From Neophaeotheca triangularis (lineage: Eukaryota): a DNA stretch of 64,000 nt. The notes under the pieces were generated by a model. The model did no database searches, was not told the DNA's origin, and saw only the letters and a list, made by a program, of their open reading frames with translations. A program made the position numbers and the translations under genes. Of this stretch, positions 1 through 13,160 are shown piece after piece. How positions within the stretch are numbered: position 1 is the first letter of the stretch; every line of letters starts with the position of its first letter. The stretch spans positions 62,001 to 126,000 of the forward strand of contig BAAIJX010000049.1 of assembly GCA_054600435.1 (NCBI GenBank). Reading direction: 5' to 3'.

Positions 1-212
1 GCTTCGTACTAACTCCCTCTAACTTTAAACCCTTCTTAGTAGACTTCGATTCGTTAACTAGATCCTTTAACTCCTCTTCTATAAAGCTACTAGTATCGAT
101 CTAATAGTGGCCCTTAGTCATAAAGACTCCCTTAGCGACGATCGCCCCGTCTATAGTAAAGGTACCCTTACTATTAATAGCTATAGCGCTAACGCTATAG
201 TCGACTAGCGCC

Positions 213-363
213 TATTACGGTAGGAGGGTCTACGCTAGCTTAGGTAGGCTTAGGTAGGCACTACCTCCTTAGTATTGTTTACTTATACTTTAGCCTTATA
301 GATAGTTACATAATGCTACTTTGCTTACACTATACATTAAGACCTATACCCTAGATCTTAACA
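213..363 (+). repeat. 5' LTR of element A
   Basis: T(A/G)TTA...TAACA; matches 26155-26305 with about 11 transitions and no indels; followed by candidate PBS TAGTAGCTAAGAA at 366-378. Confidence 0.95.
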
Positions 364-429
364 TCTAGTAGCTAAGAAGAGAAAAGATCATTAGGTAAAC
401 CTATCCCTAAAAAGTCTTACTTATAGTCC

Positions 430-950
430 CTAGTCTACCCGACCGGTAATAGTTAGTATAAAGGAACCTAGTCTGCCTAATCTACTATAGTCTACTCGAC
501 CTACGACGGTCTACCTAGCCCTTCACTATCTACTTAACCCTCTAGGGTCTACTCGCCTAGTAGTAGTCTACTCGACTCGTCACGAGTCTACTTAACTAGC
601 TATAAGTCTACCTGACTAGCTATAAGTCTACTTGACTAGCTATAAGTCTACTCGACTAAGGATAGTCTGCCCTACTCATTTTAGGCCGATAGACTAATTA
701 GGCTCCGGCCTACTCTCTACGGTCTAACTACCGAAGTCTACCTAACTCGCGCTAGTCCGAATCCGAAGTCTACCTAACTTATCCTAGTCTAGTTAACTTA
801 CTAATGTCGACGTAAACCGCGCTACTCTACTCGAAGTCTATTAACTCTAGATGATTTGCCGGAAGACCTTTCCCTTATCCGCTAAATTTAATAAGAGCCG
901 GTAGAGCCTATCGTAGTCTCGTTTAATTACTATAGTCTCGCCTACCTATA
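430..950 (+). repeat. 19-20-bp-period motif array (AGTCTACTCGAC-like core, variable spacers) in the 5' UTR of A
   Basis: Cores start at about 432, 470, 489, 508, 527, 546, 565, 585, 605, 625, 645 and 665, with more degenerate copies to ~940. Confidence 0.85.
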
Positions 951-3900
951 ACTAAGAGAATAAAGGGGAATTTACTATAAGCGTCGTCACACGCGTCTAG
1001 CGAAGACTAGTACTTGTCCTATTAGCTCGCTTAAAACCGATAGCTACTTAGTAAGACCCGATTACATAGCCCTTATAATACTACCTTATAATCCGTAACC
1101 CTACCTTTTCTCTACGAGAATTAGTCTAGTCGGGAACAATTAGGCTTTAAGCGCCTACCCTAGAGCCGTTACTAGATCTTATAGAGTTCTTAATCGATAT
1201 AGCCTATTACCTTTTAAACTTCTATAGTAACGAGCGGAGATCTAAGGCTATCTATAGTAGGAACCTACGGATATAGTCTATAGCTAACAGAATTGTCGCT
1301 AGATACCCTCGCCCTAATAAAGACTATAGAGAGTTCGGTTTCCCTCCGTAGTAGTATATAGACAAGACGTTAATTAACCCTAAAGTGAAAGACCTACTTA
1401 GCGCTTATAAGGGAATTAAGTACTACCCCCTACTTAGAATCGACGAACCTAGCCCGGCGATTATAGGAGTACTAGTAGCTACCTACGCCCTACGACGCCT
1501 ACTATCTAAATCTACGGTAAGGATACCTTCTAAAAGCTAGGCAACTGTCCTAGTAACCCCTAAGCAAACCCCTCTCCTAGAAAGCGAAAGCCTACTTAGT
1601 TCTACTATTAGCGACGACATCGTCTAGAACCAAAAGCCAGTTTTCGCTAGTTTTAAGTCTATAAATCACTAGACCCCTTTACCTAAAACCGAAACCACTC
1701 CCGTAACTAAGAACTTATCGCGATCCCTATCGCCTATCTCTAGAGAGTTCTATAAGGAGCTATATACATTTATCGAACCCTCTAGGCCTACTATTACCCT
1801 CTCTAAACATAACCCTAAGCCGGGTTATATTACTACTCTCCTACGTAGCATTCTACCTCTATAAGAGCCTTTTACTATTATGGCATTAATAATAGAACCT
1901 AATAACAACTAGGAGTACGACGACTATTCCCCCGAGCCCGGGCCTAGTAATAGATAAGGGAAGTAGCCTACTAACTACGCCCCGTAAATGCTTAACCTTA
2001 CGATAGCTACTCTCGACGATATAGTTAACCGCGCTATTACGAACGTAGCGTAAGAAATCGACGCGAGGGTAGAGAGCCGATTCAAGCCCTTTAGGTAGTA
2101 ACTTAAAACTACTAGAGAGACTAATAATAGTACTCGTTAGGTAGACCGGATAGCTGCTAGAGCCCGTAGTAGAGACATAGTTAAAAGTCACTAGGACGAT
2201 TAAAGCACCTAGGAGGATAGAGACTATCGTAGGGAAAGTAGCCGACCCTATAACACTTCCTAGAACCGCCCTAGTAAGAGCGACTACGCTTAGTACTCGA
2301 ATAGGCGGCGCGACAAACCTAACTATGCCTAGTACTCGAACGGGCGGCGCGACAAATCTCGCTAGGGAAAGATATCGGAGGAGCGCCTCCGTGTAGTAGG
2401 TTTTCCTCCTAGCGATTACTAATAGGTAAGCTATCCTAGAGACCTAGACCCCTCCGATTTAGACCCCGAAGGTAGACTATATAGCTAGAGAGATAGGCGC
2501 GGCTATAATAGACTACGAGGGCAATCGAGAGGCCGCTAGGACTCCTACTACCTAAGGTCTCGTTTGCGCTCTAGATCCCACTACCTAAATTTTTTTAAGG
2601 TAGAAGAGATCGGTTTCTTCGACCCTTATCTTTCTATAACCGAGGCGCTAGCCGGCGATATAACGATGTATTAGAATAAACCCTATTTTAGATAAGTCTA
2701 CTTTTTCATCTAGGCGGCCCGTAACTATACCGTAGTTAATAGCTCCTTAGGTATACGCCTCTAGCTTAGTAAGTGTCTACACGGGGGAGCTAGTTAATAG
2801 TTTATAGTATAGCTAAGTAAAGCAGAGAGAAATTTCATACATATAGGGCCTAGCATTAAACGTTAGGAGGTAGCGCTTTATAACAAATACCGCGTCTTAG
2901 TGACCACTACTATAGTAAAGCTGTCGGCCGAGTCCTTTACCCGTAACGACATACGTGTAGAGCGGGCTCCTTCGGAGTTCGTACTTAGCTATTATCGCTA
3001 GGCTTTAGAAGCGAGAATCGATAGTTTAGAAGCCCGCCTAGCATAATGCTAGATAAGGATTAATAGGCAACTCTACTATAACATTAATAAACCTAACGAC
3101 CGAAGTACCTAGGAAGAGATAATAAGGGACATAGAGGACGCGATAGATATATAGAGGGATCTATACCCTCCTCGTACCTTTCCTACTAATAATAACTATA
3201 AGCCGAGTTTTGCCCCACGAGGGAATAAAGACAATAGTAGTAGTCGAGGTAATCGCCCTAATAGGCGGTAGGGGTCCGATAATAGCCGTGACTCTAGTAA
3301 TCGCCGTAATACTAATAGTAATTAGTAGCGATTTTTCCCTTAGCGGTACTTCGAAAACGTAAGCGAGCGGGGAGCTTAGACGTAACCCCTACCCCCCTAA
3401 AGAGAGTTAGGTTCGAGTGACTTAGCCTAGTAGGCCTAGACCCCTCGATAGGGGTAAAACCGCTAGAACCGACCTAAGCCTACTAATTACCATTTAGCTA
3501 GTGTCGAAGAAGGAGAGGAGCAATTAGACGTGGTAAAGGATAATGTTACTAGCGAGGAATCCGCGGATAAAAGCTAGCCGGACGAAGTACTAGTGAACTT
3601 TAACGATGTTATCTACTACTCTAAGGGCGATGATTACTATATAAGTAGCGACCCTATAGACTACTACGTGTCGGAGGCTTTACCCCCTAAGCTCTTAACT
3701 CTATTAGTAGATAGGGCGCTACGACCTCTAGTGTCTCTAGCGCCTATACCGAGTAGAATCTATTACGCGTATTGCCCTAAGACCTTTAGGTCAAAAAACT
3801 CTCTCTATCGTTATCTACGAGCTAAACATAGCTCCCTCTAGTCTACCGGCGTAAAGCCCGTATAACTAGCTAACTACGACACTACGATAATAGCCCTAGT

Positions 3901-6900
3901 AGACCGCGTAGGGGAGATATCTGTCGTTAAATCTATAGCGCGGTCCTTAGACTATTAAGGGTATACTTTCCGAAACTACTACTATCTCTATATTATAATT
4001 CCCCTTTCGTAGTACGGTTAGGACTATACCGTGTGTCTCGACATAGGTATAGTAGTCTCTATAATAGACTCTAGTTTCCTTTCCTAACATTTACCTAACG
4101 CCTTCCGCTATAAGTTTAAGGTTCCTTTCTAAGTCCGAGGGGTTAGTAAAAAGCTCGAGACATGCTCCGAATACATACTCCTTACTTTCTAGATACTTAC
4201 TAAGCGACGAAAGGAACGAATACTATATAAGATAATATACGAGATCTATGTTATTAATAAGCTAAAGCCACTTATACTAGTATCTATAGACATCGCTATA
4301 CCGGAGCTTTTTAAGATTAATATCCTATATAAGATCCTCGAGATCGGAGCGTGTAAAGGAGCTAGAGCGCCCTTACTAGTAAAGCCTAGGGATTCCCCTC
4401 GAGTAGCTTATACTATTAGAGCCCTACACTAGTCGGTCGTGCCCGGGCGAACCCTAGCTAGAGTAGTAATAGTAGTCTGAAAACTCTATAGTAACTAGGA
4501 CTACGAATACTCCCCCCTCTACCTACCTAGCGGTCTTACGGGCTATAAACATGCTATAGACTCTAATTTTAGTTTCGTGATAATACATAACGACACCCCC
4601 TCCCTAGTCACTCTACTAGCCGAGCGATGTTTAGGACAGCTCTCGGAATAGGAGGAGGAAGATAGGTACTACGTAGACCTAGAGGACTATTACCTCGCTA
4701 GCCTCCTACTAAAAACTATCTTTAAGGGCCTCCCTAATAACGAATAGTATGCCCTCGCTAATAGAATTACGATCTACGGCAATACTAGATAGTTCTAATC
4801 CTTAGAAGGCTTAGTCTATAGTTTTATAGACCTCTTTGTCGATAAAGACTAAACTATCGATATACTAGAGAGTAGGCATATACCTATTTATCTTAAGTAA
4901 GGGTAGGAGAAGGAGAAGCTTTTAACGAAGGGCTATAACCTCTTAATAACTAACCGTAAAGTAGTAGACAAGGTCTTTAATAAGCTTTATGCTTAGCATA
5001 AGATAGAGTTTTTATAGTAGTATACTGCCTTCGGTTTTCTAGTATTTGTTATGTAGAAAACTGTCTATGTCGATAGTAAGCCGGTTAGGAAAGGCCGCGT
5101 AGTAGTCGACATACGGGGTCTTAATAAAGTTACTGTTAAGGACAGCTACCCTTTACCCCTATAAGAGGACCTTCTCTAAGCGACCCGTAGTGCTAAAATC
5201 ATTTCGGTAATAGACGCTATAGCCTTTTTCTATTAATAGCTTACCGTAGTCTACGATAGGTATAAACTAGCTGTAAATTCACACTAGGGTTAAAAAATAT
5301 TTAAGGTCGCTATTATAGGTTTTAAAAACTCGGTGGCGTATATCTAGCGAGAACTCGACAATATGCTTTACGAACTACGCCCCTTTTATAGGGCCTATAT
5401 CGACGACATAGTCGTTTTCTCTACTTCTCTCGAAGAGCATGTATAGTACCTTAGGCGTCTTTTTACCGTCCTTACCCGCTATCGAGTTAGCCTTAGCCTA
5501 ACTAAAACCTTTCTAGGCTTCCTATCTACCTCTTTATTAGGCTAACACGTTAGTAGACTAGGTCTCGCTACTTACGAGGATAAGATTAAGGCAATTCTCG
5601 ACCTCCGTTTTCCGAGGTCCTTAAAAGACTTAGAGAAATATTTAGGACTTACTAGCTAGCTTCGCTCCTTAGTCCTATACTATATATAGATTACGGAGCC
5701 GCTATAGAAGCTTAAGACCTAGCTCTTAAAAGGCGGCCTAGTAAAGGGCTCTACGCGGAAGCGCTATACCGCGATAACCCTAGTAAAATTAGATACTAAC
5801 CGACTATAAGAACTTAGCTATAAGGCTTTCTAGACGCTCTAAAGCATTTTTGCTAATATGCCTTTCCTCTACTACCTTAACCCTACGTAGCGTCTCTACA
5901 TTAACATAGATACCTCTAAGGAATTTAGTTTTAGAGTAGCCGTCTATATAGTAGTAAGCGACCTAGACCCCGTAATAATAGGTAGAAAGGCCGCCTACTT
6001 TACTAGGAAAGATGTCTAACCTATAGCTTTCCTTAGTAAGGGCCTTATAGTAGTAGAGGCGAACTACTAGCTAATAGAGCTTAAGATAGCCGGATTAGTC
6101 TAGGTCCTACGTAAAGCGCGACACCTTATCTAGTTAGTTCCTAGGCTAATAGTAGTGTTTACGGACTATACTACTATAGTAGGTATAGCTATATAGTATA
6201 GTCTAATAATAACTACGGCTATAGGCAAGCTAAACCTTCGCCTCGTTAGGGCTAGCTAGTACCTCTCCTAGTTCGCCCTAGATATAAGGTACCGCCTAGG
6301 GCGTATCTATATAGTCCTAGACGCCCTTAGTAGACTACTTAGTAACCTTACTATACCGGTAGAGACCCTAGAAGTAGACACCCTAGACCTAATAGGTTAT
6401 AAGGAATCCTACTATGTTAGTCACGATGCTATATAGAACTAAGATTAGGAACTACTCACTTTCTATATAGCCCTCGTAGAGCTCGATAACGATTTCAAGG
6501 TAGAGCTAATATAAGCCTATAAATCCGACCGCTTTTAGGCGCCGCGACTAGAGTAGCTATTACTCTAGGAGAAGCGTAGACTAGAGGAAACTAGACGGGA
6601 GACGGCGACTACGGTTTCTCCCCCCTAATCGGCATCTAATACCCCTACCTAGACTAGCGCGTCTAAGGCGGTACTATAGGCGCCCCTAACCCCGGCGTAT
6701 CCTCTTGACATAGAGGAAATTAACCCTAATAAGCTTACTAGAGAGCCGGAATCGGCACTATTAGGACTTAAATTTTTTCTACGAGAAGGTTTAATCTACT
6801 TCCGTGATTAGGAAGACGGTAGAGAGCGACTTTACATACCTAAAGGTCTTTTCAAGGAAGTCTTTAAAATAGCCTATAATAATCACTATTACGTAGGTTT

Positions 6901-8316
6901 CTTTCGCTTATATACTCGTATTTAGGCTAGTTTTTATATCCGAAGACTCCCCTACGAGCTCCGTCTCTACATCGCACATTACCCTGATTATAATGTCTAC
7001 TAGACGTTACGCTATCGCCTACTTAGCGAACTTTAGCCTATATAGACTAGACTAATCCCCTACTATACCTAAACTACGGATTAGGTAGTAGGGCTACTAC
7101 TAACATTAGACGGTTTTAACGTAATACTTACTATAACAGACCGTTTCTTAAAGAAGATTCTACTTGTTAAAGGCAAAAACGAGTAGTTAGCATAGTAATA
7201 GGCCTTAGCCTAGCTAGAAGCCCTCCGAGCTACTAAGTAGAATATCCTAATGATATTAATCGGCGACTAGGACAGACTCTAGTTATCTACCTTTTAGAAA
7301 GCACCTTTTAAGAAGCTTAGTACCCGTTTTCTTACGTCTACTACATACTACCTATAGACAGATAGCTAGTTAGAAAGAACGAACTAGATAGTCGAGATTG
7401 CCCTCTACTTTTTCGTTAACACTAATCCTAATTACTATTAGGATATAGCACTCCCTTATATCTAGTCTACAATGAACAATGCCCGTAACATGGTAACGAA
7501 CGAGATCCTAAACATAGTAATATAGGGTTTTAAATTAAACCTCGACGCGCTAAACCCCCTTATCGAGCTACCTACCTAAGACTACGTTATACTACGCTAG
7601 GTAGCGAGAGATTAAGCTTTAGATTCGCTTATACTAGTAGTAGCGGTTATAAAGGACTACTACGATCGTAGCCATAAGCCGGTTCGTTTCCGTCTTAGCT
7701 AAAGGGTATTACTAAAGCTTTAGAAAGGTTACTCTATCCCTAGTCTTATGTCTAGAAAACTAGCGCTATAGCGGGTAGGACCCTTTATAATCACGAGGGT
7801 AGTAGGTCGGCTTACTTACGAGCTCGACCTACTAGAGGGCTAGAAGATATACCTAGTTATCTCTATCGCCTAATTAGAACTAGCGCCTCTTACCCCCGAC
7901 CCCTATAGGAGGGAACCTACGGAATCGGGCCCGGTCTCTATAGATAATAATAGCATGTACGTCTACTAGATTAAGCGATTAATCACGAGGTATATACGAA
8001 AGTAGGTAGGCAAGGATGTTAAATAGTACCTTATTAAATAGGAAGATTAGGGACTAGCTTATAATACCTAGTATAATGTAGACGACCTAGTAGATACGAA
8101 GGAACTTATCGAAAACTATAAGCGTAACTATCCGGGTACTCTAGGGGACCTTAGTATCCGTCGCTATAGCCCCTAGCATTAACCCCTACCGCTACTACTA
8201 GCCCTTTCCCCCCCTCCTCTAATTATGACCTTAGACATAACCCGCTATCTCGTACTAGTTTTACCGTAGACTCCGATAAGTTAGTATGACCTAGCGGCGT
8301 CGACACTAAGACCTCT

Positions 8317-8474
8317 TACTACGACTAAAGGGTGTAGTACTAAGTGTAAGATGTAAACAAGATGAATAAATGAAACTATCTAGCTATAGAGGTAGAAGTA
8401 GCTAGTCTAGGGCTAGGCTACTACCTTCCCTACTAGACTAATAGGGTAAGGGCTCCCTACCTCCTACTATAATA
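8317..8474 (-). repeat. 3' LTR of element B
   Basis: Near-identical to 21247-21404; adjacent to the polypurine tract on the minus strand. Confidence 0.95.
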
Positions 8475-8514
8475 AACTCCCCCCCCTTAAGAGGCGTATA
8501 TGTCCTTATAGGCT

Positions 8515-8815
8515 AAGGTCGTCTTCCTAAAGGGAAGTCGTCTTAGCGAGGTTAAGTCGTTATAGGTAGCGCGAAGTCGTCTTAACAACTAGGAGTCGTG
8601 ACGACTAACTAGAGTCGTGTCGACCGGCTAGAGTCATGTCGACTACTACGAGTCGTCCTAACTACCTAGAGTCGTCTTAATAAACGGAAGTCGTCTCGAC
8701 TATTAGGAGTCGTCTTAACCGCTAGGGGTCGTCTAGGTAGGGAAAAGTCGTCTAGACATTATAGGGCCGTGTTAGCAGCGAATAGTTATCTCGACAGTAA
8801 GAAATCGTTTTGACA
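8515..8815 (+). repeat. 19-bp-period array (~16 units, core AGTCGTCTCGAC) in the 3' UTR of B
   Basis: Cores at about 8517, 8536, 8555, 8575, 8594, 8613, 8632, 8651, 8670, 8689, 8708, 8727, 8746, 8765, 8784 and 8803, with variable 7-nt spacers. Confidence 0.9.
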
Positions 8816-9007
8816 ATATAGGGTTACATTAGCCTTATAGTGTTCGAGGAGCCATTAGCGCTACGAGAGGTAGTAGTATAATAGCTAGCTATAGTAGGAG
8901 GTTAGGGTACGGTTAAAATAAGGCTTAAGGGTTTTAGCGGCGTAGGTAAGTTCCTTTATGCTTTAGATAAATATACTATGTACTGTACTAGTCGTATGTC
9001 GCTCGCG

Positions 9008-9290
9008 CAAAAGCTCGTAGAGGGCGATAGCTATACTAGTATAAGCTATTAAAGTACTAGTCTATAGAAAAGCTCGTAGAGGGCTAAAGCTATACTAGGT
9101 AGAGCTGTCAAATCGCTAGTCTATAGAAAAAGCTCGTAGAGGGGCAAAGCCGTACTAGGTAGAGCTGTTAAAGTGCTAGTCTATAAAAAAGCTCGTAGAG
9201 GGATAAAGCTATACTAGGAAGAGCTGTCAAAACGCTAGTCTATATAGAGCTCGTAGAGGGTTTAAAGCCGTACTAGGATAAGCTTAGAGG
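9008..9290. repeat. ~60-bp tandem repeat (~5 copies) in the 3' UTR of B
   Basis: Unit AAAAGCTCGTAGAGGG...AGC(T/C)(A/G)TACTAG...AGCT...CTAGTCTATA recurs at ~60-bp spacing. Confidence 0.9.
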
Positions 9291-9325
9291 GATAAGCCTT
9301 GTTTTAGTAGAGTAGAGGTGCCGTG

Positions 9326-9440
9326 TAGTTAAAGGGATTTCGCCTTAAGTTAGTAGAGCGAAGGTACCTAGTAGTTAAAAGGGATTATGCCCTAAGTTAG
9401 TAGAGCGAAGGTACCTAGTAGTTATATAGGATTTTACCTA
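9326..9440. repeat. ~47-bp tandem repeat (~2.5 copies)
   Basis: TAGTTAAAGGGATT...TAAGTTAGTAGAGCGAAGGTACCTAG is repeated. Confidence 0.8.
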
Positions 9441-9462
9441 GAGCACTACTTATAACCTAGGG

Positions 9463-12400
9463 TTACGGAACGGTACGGGTACGTTTGCTTACTAACTAGG
9501 GAGCATTTATAGGTAGTAGACGCTTATTAGGGCGGGGCGTCTTGTTTAAGCTACGGGGAGGGACGGTCGCCGGCTTAGCGCTACTAGTAGTTACTCTAGA
9601 TCGAGTGTTATAAGCTAGGCCCGCTAGGGTTAGTTCGATAGTAGCTCGTGGCCTAACGGTAGCTCGTAGCGCTATCCTATCCGCCGTTAGTAAGGACTAG
9701 AAGTCTAGCTTAGGAATGTCGTTAGGAGGAACCGGTACCTAGAATAGTTAAGTGACATCTATACTAGAGGCGTTTCCTATAGAGGGAGGGGGAGCGTCTA
9801 GTTGTTTAAAAGCCTAATTGTTCTACGCTATAGTAACCTAAGGGGGTAGGTCGATAACGTTAAGCTCGCCGTAGCGTATAGCGCCGTCCTTTACTAGCTT
9901 AATGTTAGCGGCTATAGCGGCGAGGGTATCGCGCTTAATATTAGTTATTACCTTTAGCTACTCCCTAGCTTCTTCCTAGAGGCGCTCCGATTTAATGTAA
10001 GCGCGCTCGGATGCCTTTAGGGCGGTATAGTATCTCTACGCCGCCTCGTTATAGCCGTGCTAAGAATCGGCTGTTATCTCGTCGTCGATCGGTAGTAGAG
10101 AGTCCTATTAGGCTCTAGACATCATTAGGGCGTTAGAGCTATTAGCGCTTTACGCGAAAGCGCCCTTACGGGGAGCTTTTATAGCTATTAGGGCCTAGTG
10201 TTTATCTTTAACGAATAGGTCGGCGAGTACTACTAGGCTATAGCGCTTCGTAGCTACTATACTAGGGGGTAGGGGCGGTCCGGCGAGTAAGCGATACAAA
10301 GTCGTAGTTATTAGGACGGGGGCGGTACTAATTAAGGGTACTATAGGAGTTAAGTAGGGTAGGGGGAGGCGGAAAGCGTTACTAGTTCTACCTATAGATA
10401 CCGCTAGAGGGAGGGCGGCGCTTACTAGTAGTACATCGTCCTAGTCTTAGGGGGGAGGTAGGTTTACGGTATAGCGCTAAATCGGAAATGGGTCGGTATC
10501 GTAGAACTCCGCGACGTTAGTAAGCTCCCTAATTACCTCTTAGCTAGGGATGCTAGGGATAGGTCTAGCTAGGGCATTACGGCCTTAGAGCTAAACATCC
10601 ACGACCTATTAGGGCACTACTCGGTATACCGGGTTAAAGCTAGCTTACATGTCGAGGTACGTACGTAGATCGTCCTATACGCGGTCTACGTCTACGTACT
10701 CTAGCTAGTCGATTTTAGTCTAATTAACCTCTATATTAGGGTCGTATCTAAAGATAGGTTTCCCTTTCTAGGAGTGATAAGACTTAGATACGCCCGCTGT
10801 ATTAGGGCGTATCTAAGGGTAAAAAACGAGGTCATTAGTGTCGTAATTAATGCGACGGTCGTCATCGTGTACCGCCTCTAAGGTATCGTAATAGTGTTTC
10901 CTACTACTAAGGGTATATACGCCCTAGACGTAAACGTATCGGTAGCGGTTATCGCTCTTAACGTAGATAACCGCTAGTAGGCCGCGGGGACGGCGAATAG
11001 GTAGGGGCAATACATCCTAGTTAAAATTCGCTAGCTAGTTATCGTGTAGGAATCTTTTCGATAGCACTTTGTCTACATGATAGAGTAGTATAAGCTTGTA
11101 CACGTCATAGTCGCTTAGGATCGCGTTCCTAGGCAGGAGGTTCTCGCGAGAGAAATAGGAGTATATCGTATAGTACTAGTAGTAGCCCTATACCTTAGCT
11201 AGGTTAAGCTCGGAGCTAGGCTCCTAGGAGATTTTAGCGCTTTCGGGGCGGGTCTCGTCGTACATAAGAAACTAGTCCTCTACTTTGTCGACTCCGTTAT
11301 AGCGGCGTATAGTAGTAAAGGGGTTTAGGATTCCGCTACCTATAGTAGAGTTAACGAAAGGGGATAGCGACTACGCGTCATGAACTATAAGGCTAATAGA
11401 GCGTAGGACGAGTTCGGTATAACTATAGGGGTCGCTCTCGGTTTTCTAGCGGGCTTCTTAGAGTGTAGAGTACTAACCTTCGGAGAGGACCTTAATAAAG
11501 TAAGAGAGTACTATAGCGAATCTGTCGCCCGTTACTAAAGTCTTTAGGACTTCGAAGGAGTAGAGCTGTCCTAAACGATTAGTTGCCTAGCGCTTATAGT
11601 CTATTATCTTAGCGAGCTCTTCTATAGGGGTAGCTATTTCGGTACCGAAACCACAGAAAATTAAAGAGTAGAGTAGATTAGTAGGCGCGGCGACGACTTA
11701 GTTATCGTCTTCGTGTACAAAGTAGGCGATTACCCCGGGCTAGGCGTTTAAGATATAGTCTACTAGTCGTATATATAGCTTAGCTTGCTTAAGGGCGAGC
11801 TTAGCGATAGCCTACTTATTATAGTACTTAGGGGACTCCTTAGGGTTTTCGCGTTATACGCCTTTACGGATAGCGCTCTAGCGCTTAGTGTCCTGAAAAG
11901 CGTTGTCAATAGTTAATTAAGCTTTAAGAGTAGCGAGGAGTCGGTCGCCTCTCCTATAGCGGGCTACTACCTAGATCGCTAATTCCTATAGGAGGAGGGC
12001 GCTATCGAGGAGGAGCTAGTTAGGTGTTATAAAGCCGATAAGGTAGGCGAAACTAGGCGTAATGGCGACCTTAGCGCGCTTTACATACTTAATCTAGGTA
12101 AGGGTACGCTCCGAAGGGTCCTTTAGGGCTATAGGAAAAGAAGCGCGAAGTAATAGCTAGTACTCTTCGTTTAACTAAGTAAGGCTAGCGAAAAGTGATA
12201 GGCCTATGTAAGCCGCTATAAGCGCTATAGCTTCCGTACCCTAGGGGCTATAGGTAGCTTTAAGCTAGGGTAGTAACGCGGAGTCGTCGTCGAGCTCTAA
12301 TAGGCGTAGGAAGAGTGTACCGCTAAAGAGTAAATCAATTAGCATAAAGCGGAAGTAAGTAAACAAAAGCTTAGCTAAAGTCTATAGGCGAAGGTCTTTA

Positions 12401-12939
12401 TACTTTAGGTTAAGAAGATTAGTAGTAGCCGAGAGGCCGAGAGTGAAAGTGTTTTAGGTAAAAGAGACGCCGAGGTTAGCGTGAAGGAGGACTACTACCG
12501 CGTTTTCAATTAACTAGGCCTCGTAGGGCTAGAATAGTAGCGATAGAGTAGGAAGGGAGTAGGTATCTAGAATCTATAGTCCGTTACACGCGAAGGTGTT
12601 ACGCTAGTAGGGAGACCACTAGGCTAGCGGTAGGTCTAGCTTTTCAATAGACTAGTAGACTACTAAAGGAGCGGCAGGTTAAGAAGTGTCGGCCGTTATG
12701 CCGTTCTCTCCCTATAGGAGGTAAGGGCGTATAGTTTAGGTTAAGTTAGTCTTTTATATATAAAGGAAGCGTCTTAGTGTAAAGTATAGTAAGAGTATAA
12801 GCTCGTTTAGCGTAAGAGCCGCTAGTAGTAGGTAGGCGGAGGTATACTCGGTTTTAGAGATGTTATCGCTAGGTAGTAATAAGTTAAAGTTGTCTAATAT
12901 ATAAGAGTATAAAGTAGGTAGCTAACCGAGTGTTATCAT
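9463..12939 (-). pseudogene. RIP-degenerate extra ORF (ORF3, ~1158 codons) of element B, unknown function
   Basis: One frame from ATG 12939; its translation aligns block by block with 21762-25373 (e.g. LYSFEVLKTL, YFIKVLSEG, IGSGILNPFT, RYVYV*GVYTL, *LEYVDVDRV, PI*RYTVNLP). The end position is approximate. Confidence 0.85.
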
Positions 12940-13160
12940 AGAGAGAAAGTGTTATATAAAAAGGGTGTTATAGTAAGGTATAGTCGTAAGGTAAAGGAGA
13001 GCTTTTTAGAAAGGTATAGAGTTACGTTGTTATTATTATTACTAAAAGCGGAAAGCAAGAAGTTATGCTAAGAAGTGAAAGGTACTACGTTATATGTCGC
13101 CGTAGTAACGGCAGGCATTATCGATAGCGCTAATAAGAATAGTAACGCCGCCGAGATGCC

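Noticed and set aside
1886..2191. 101-aa minus-strand ORF from the ORF track
   Set aside because: Antisense to RIPed gag; spurious.
3593..3841. 82-aa ORF as an independent gene
   Set aside because: It is a stop-free fragment of the A gag-pol frame containing the zinc finger.
8515..8815. CRISPR-like array (conserved repeat with variable spacer)
   Set aside because: The 12-bp core and 7-bp spacers are far too short, the context is a eukaryotic retrotransposon, and there are no cas genes. Reported as a cis-array instead.
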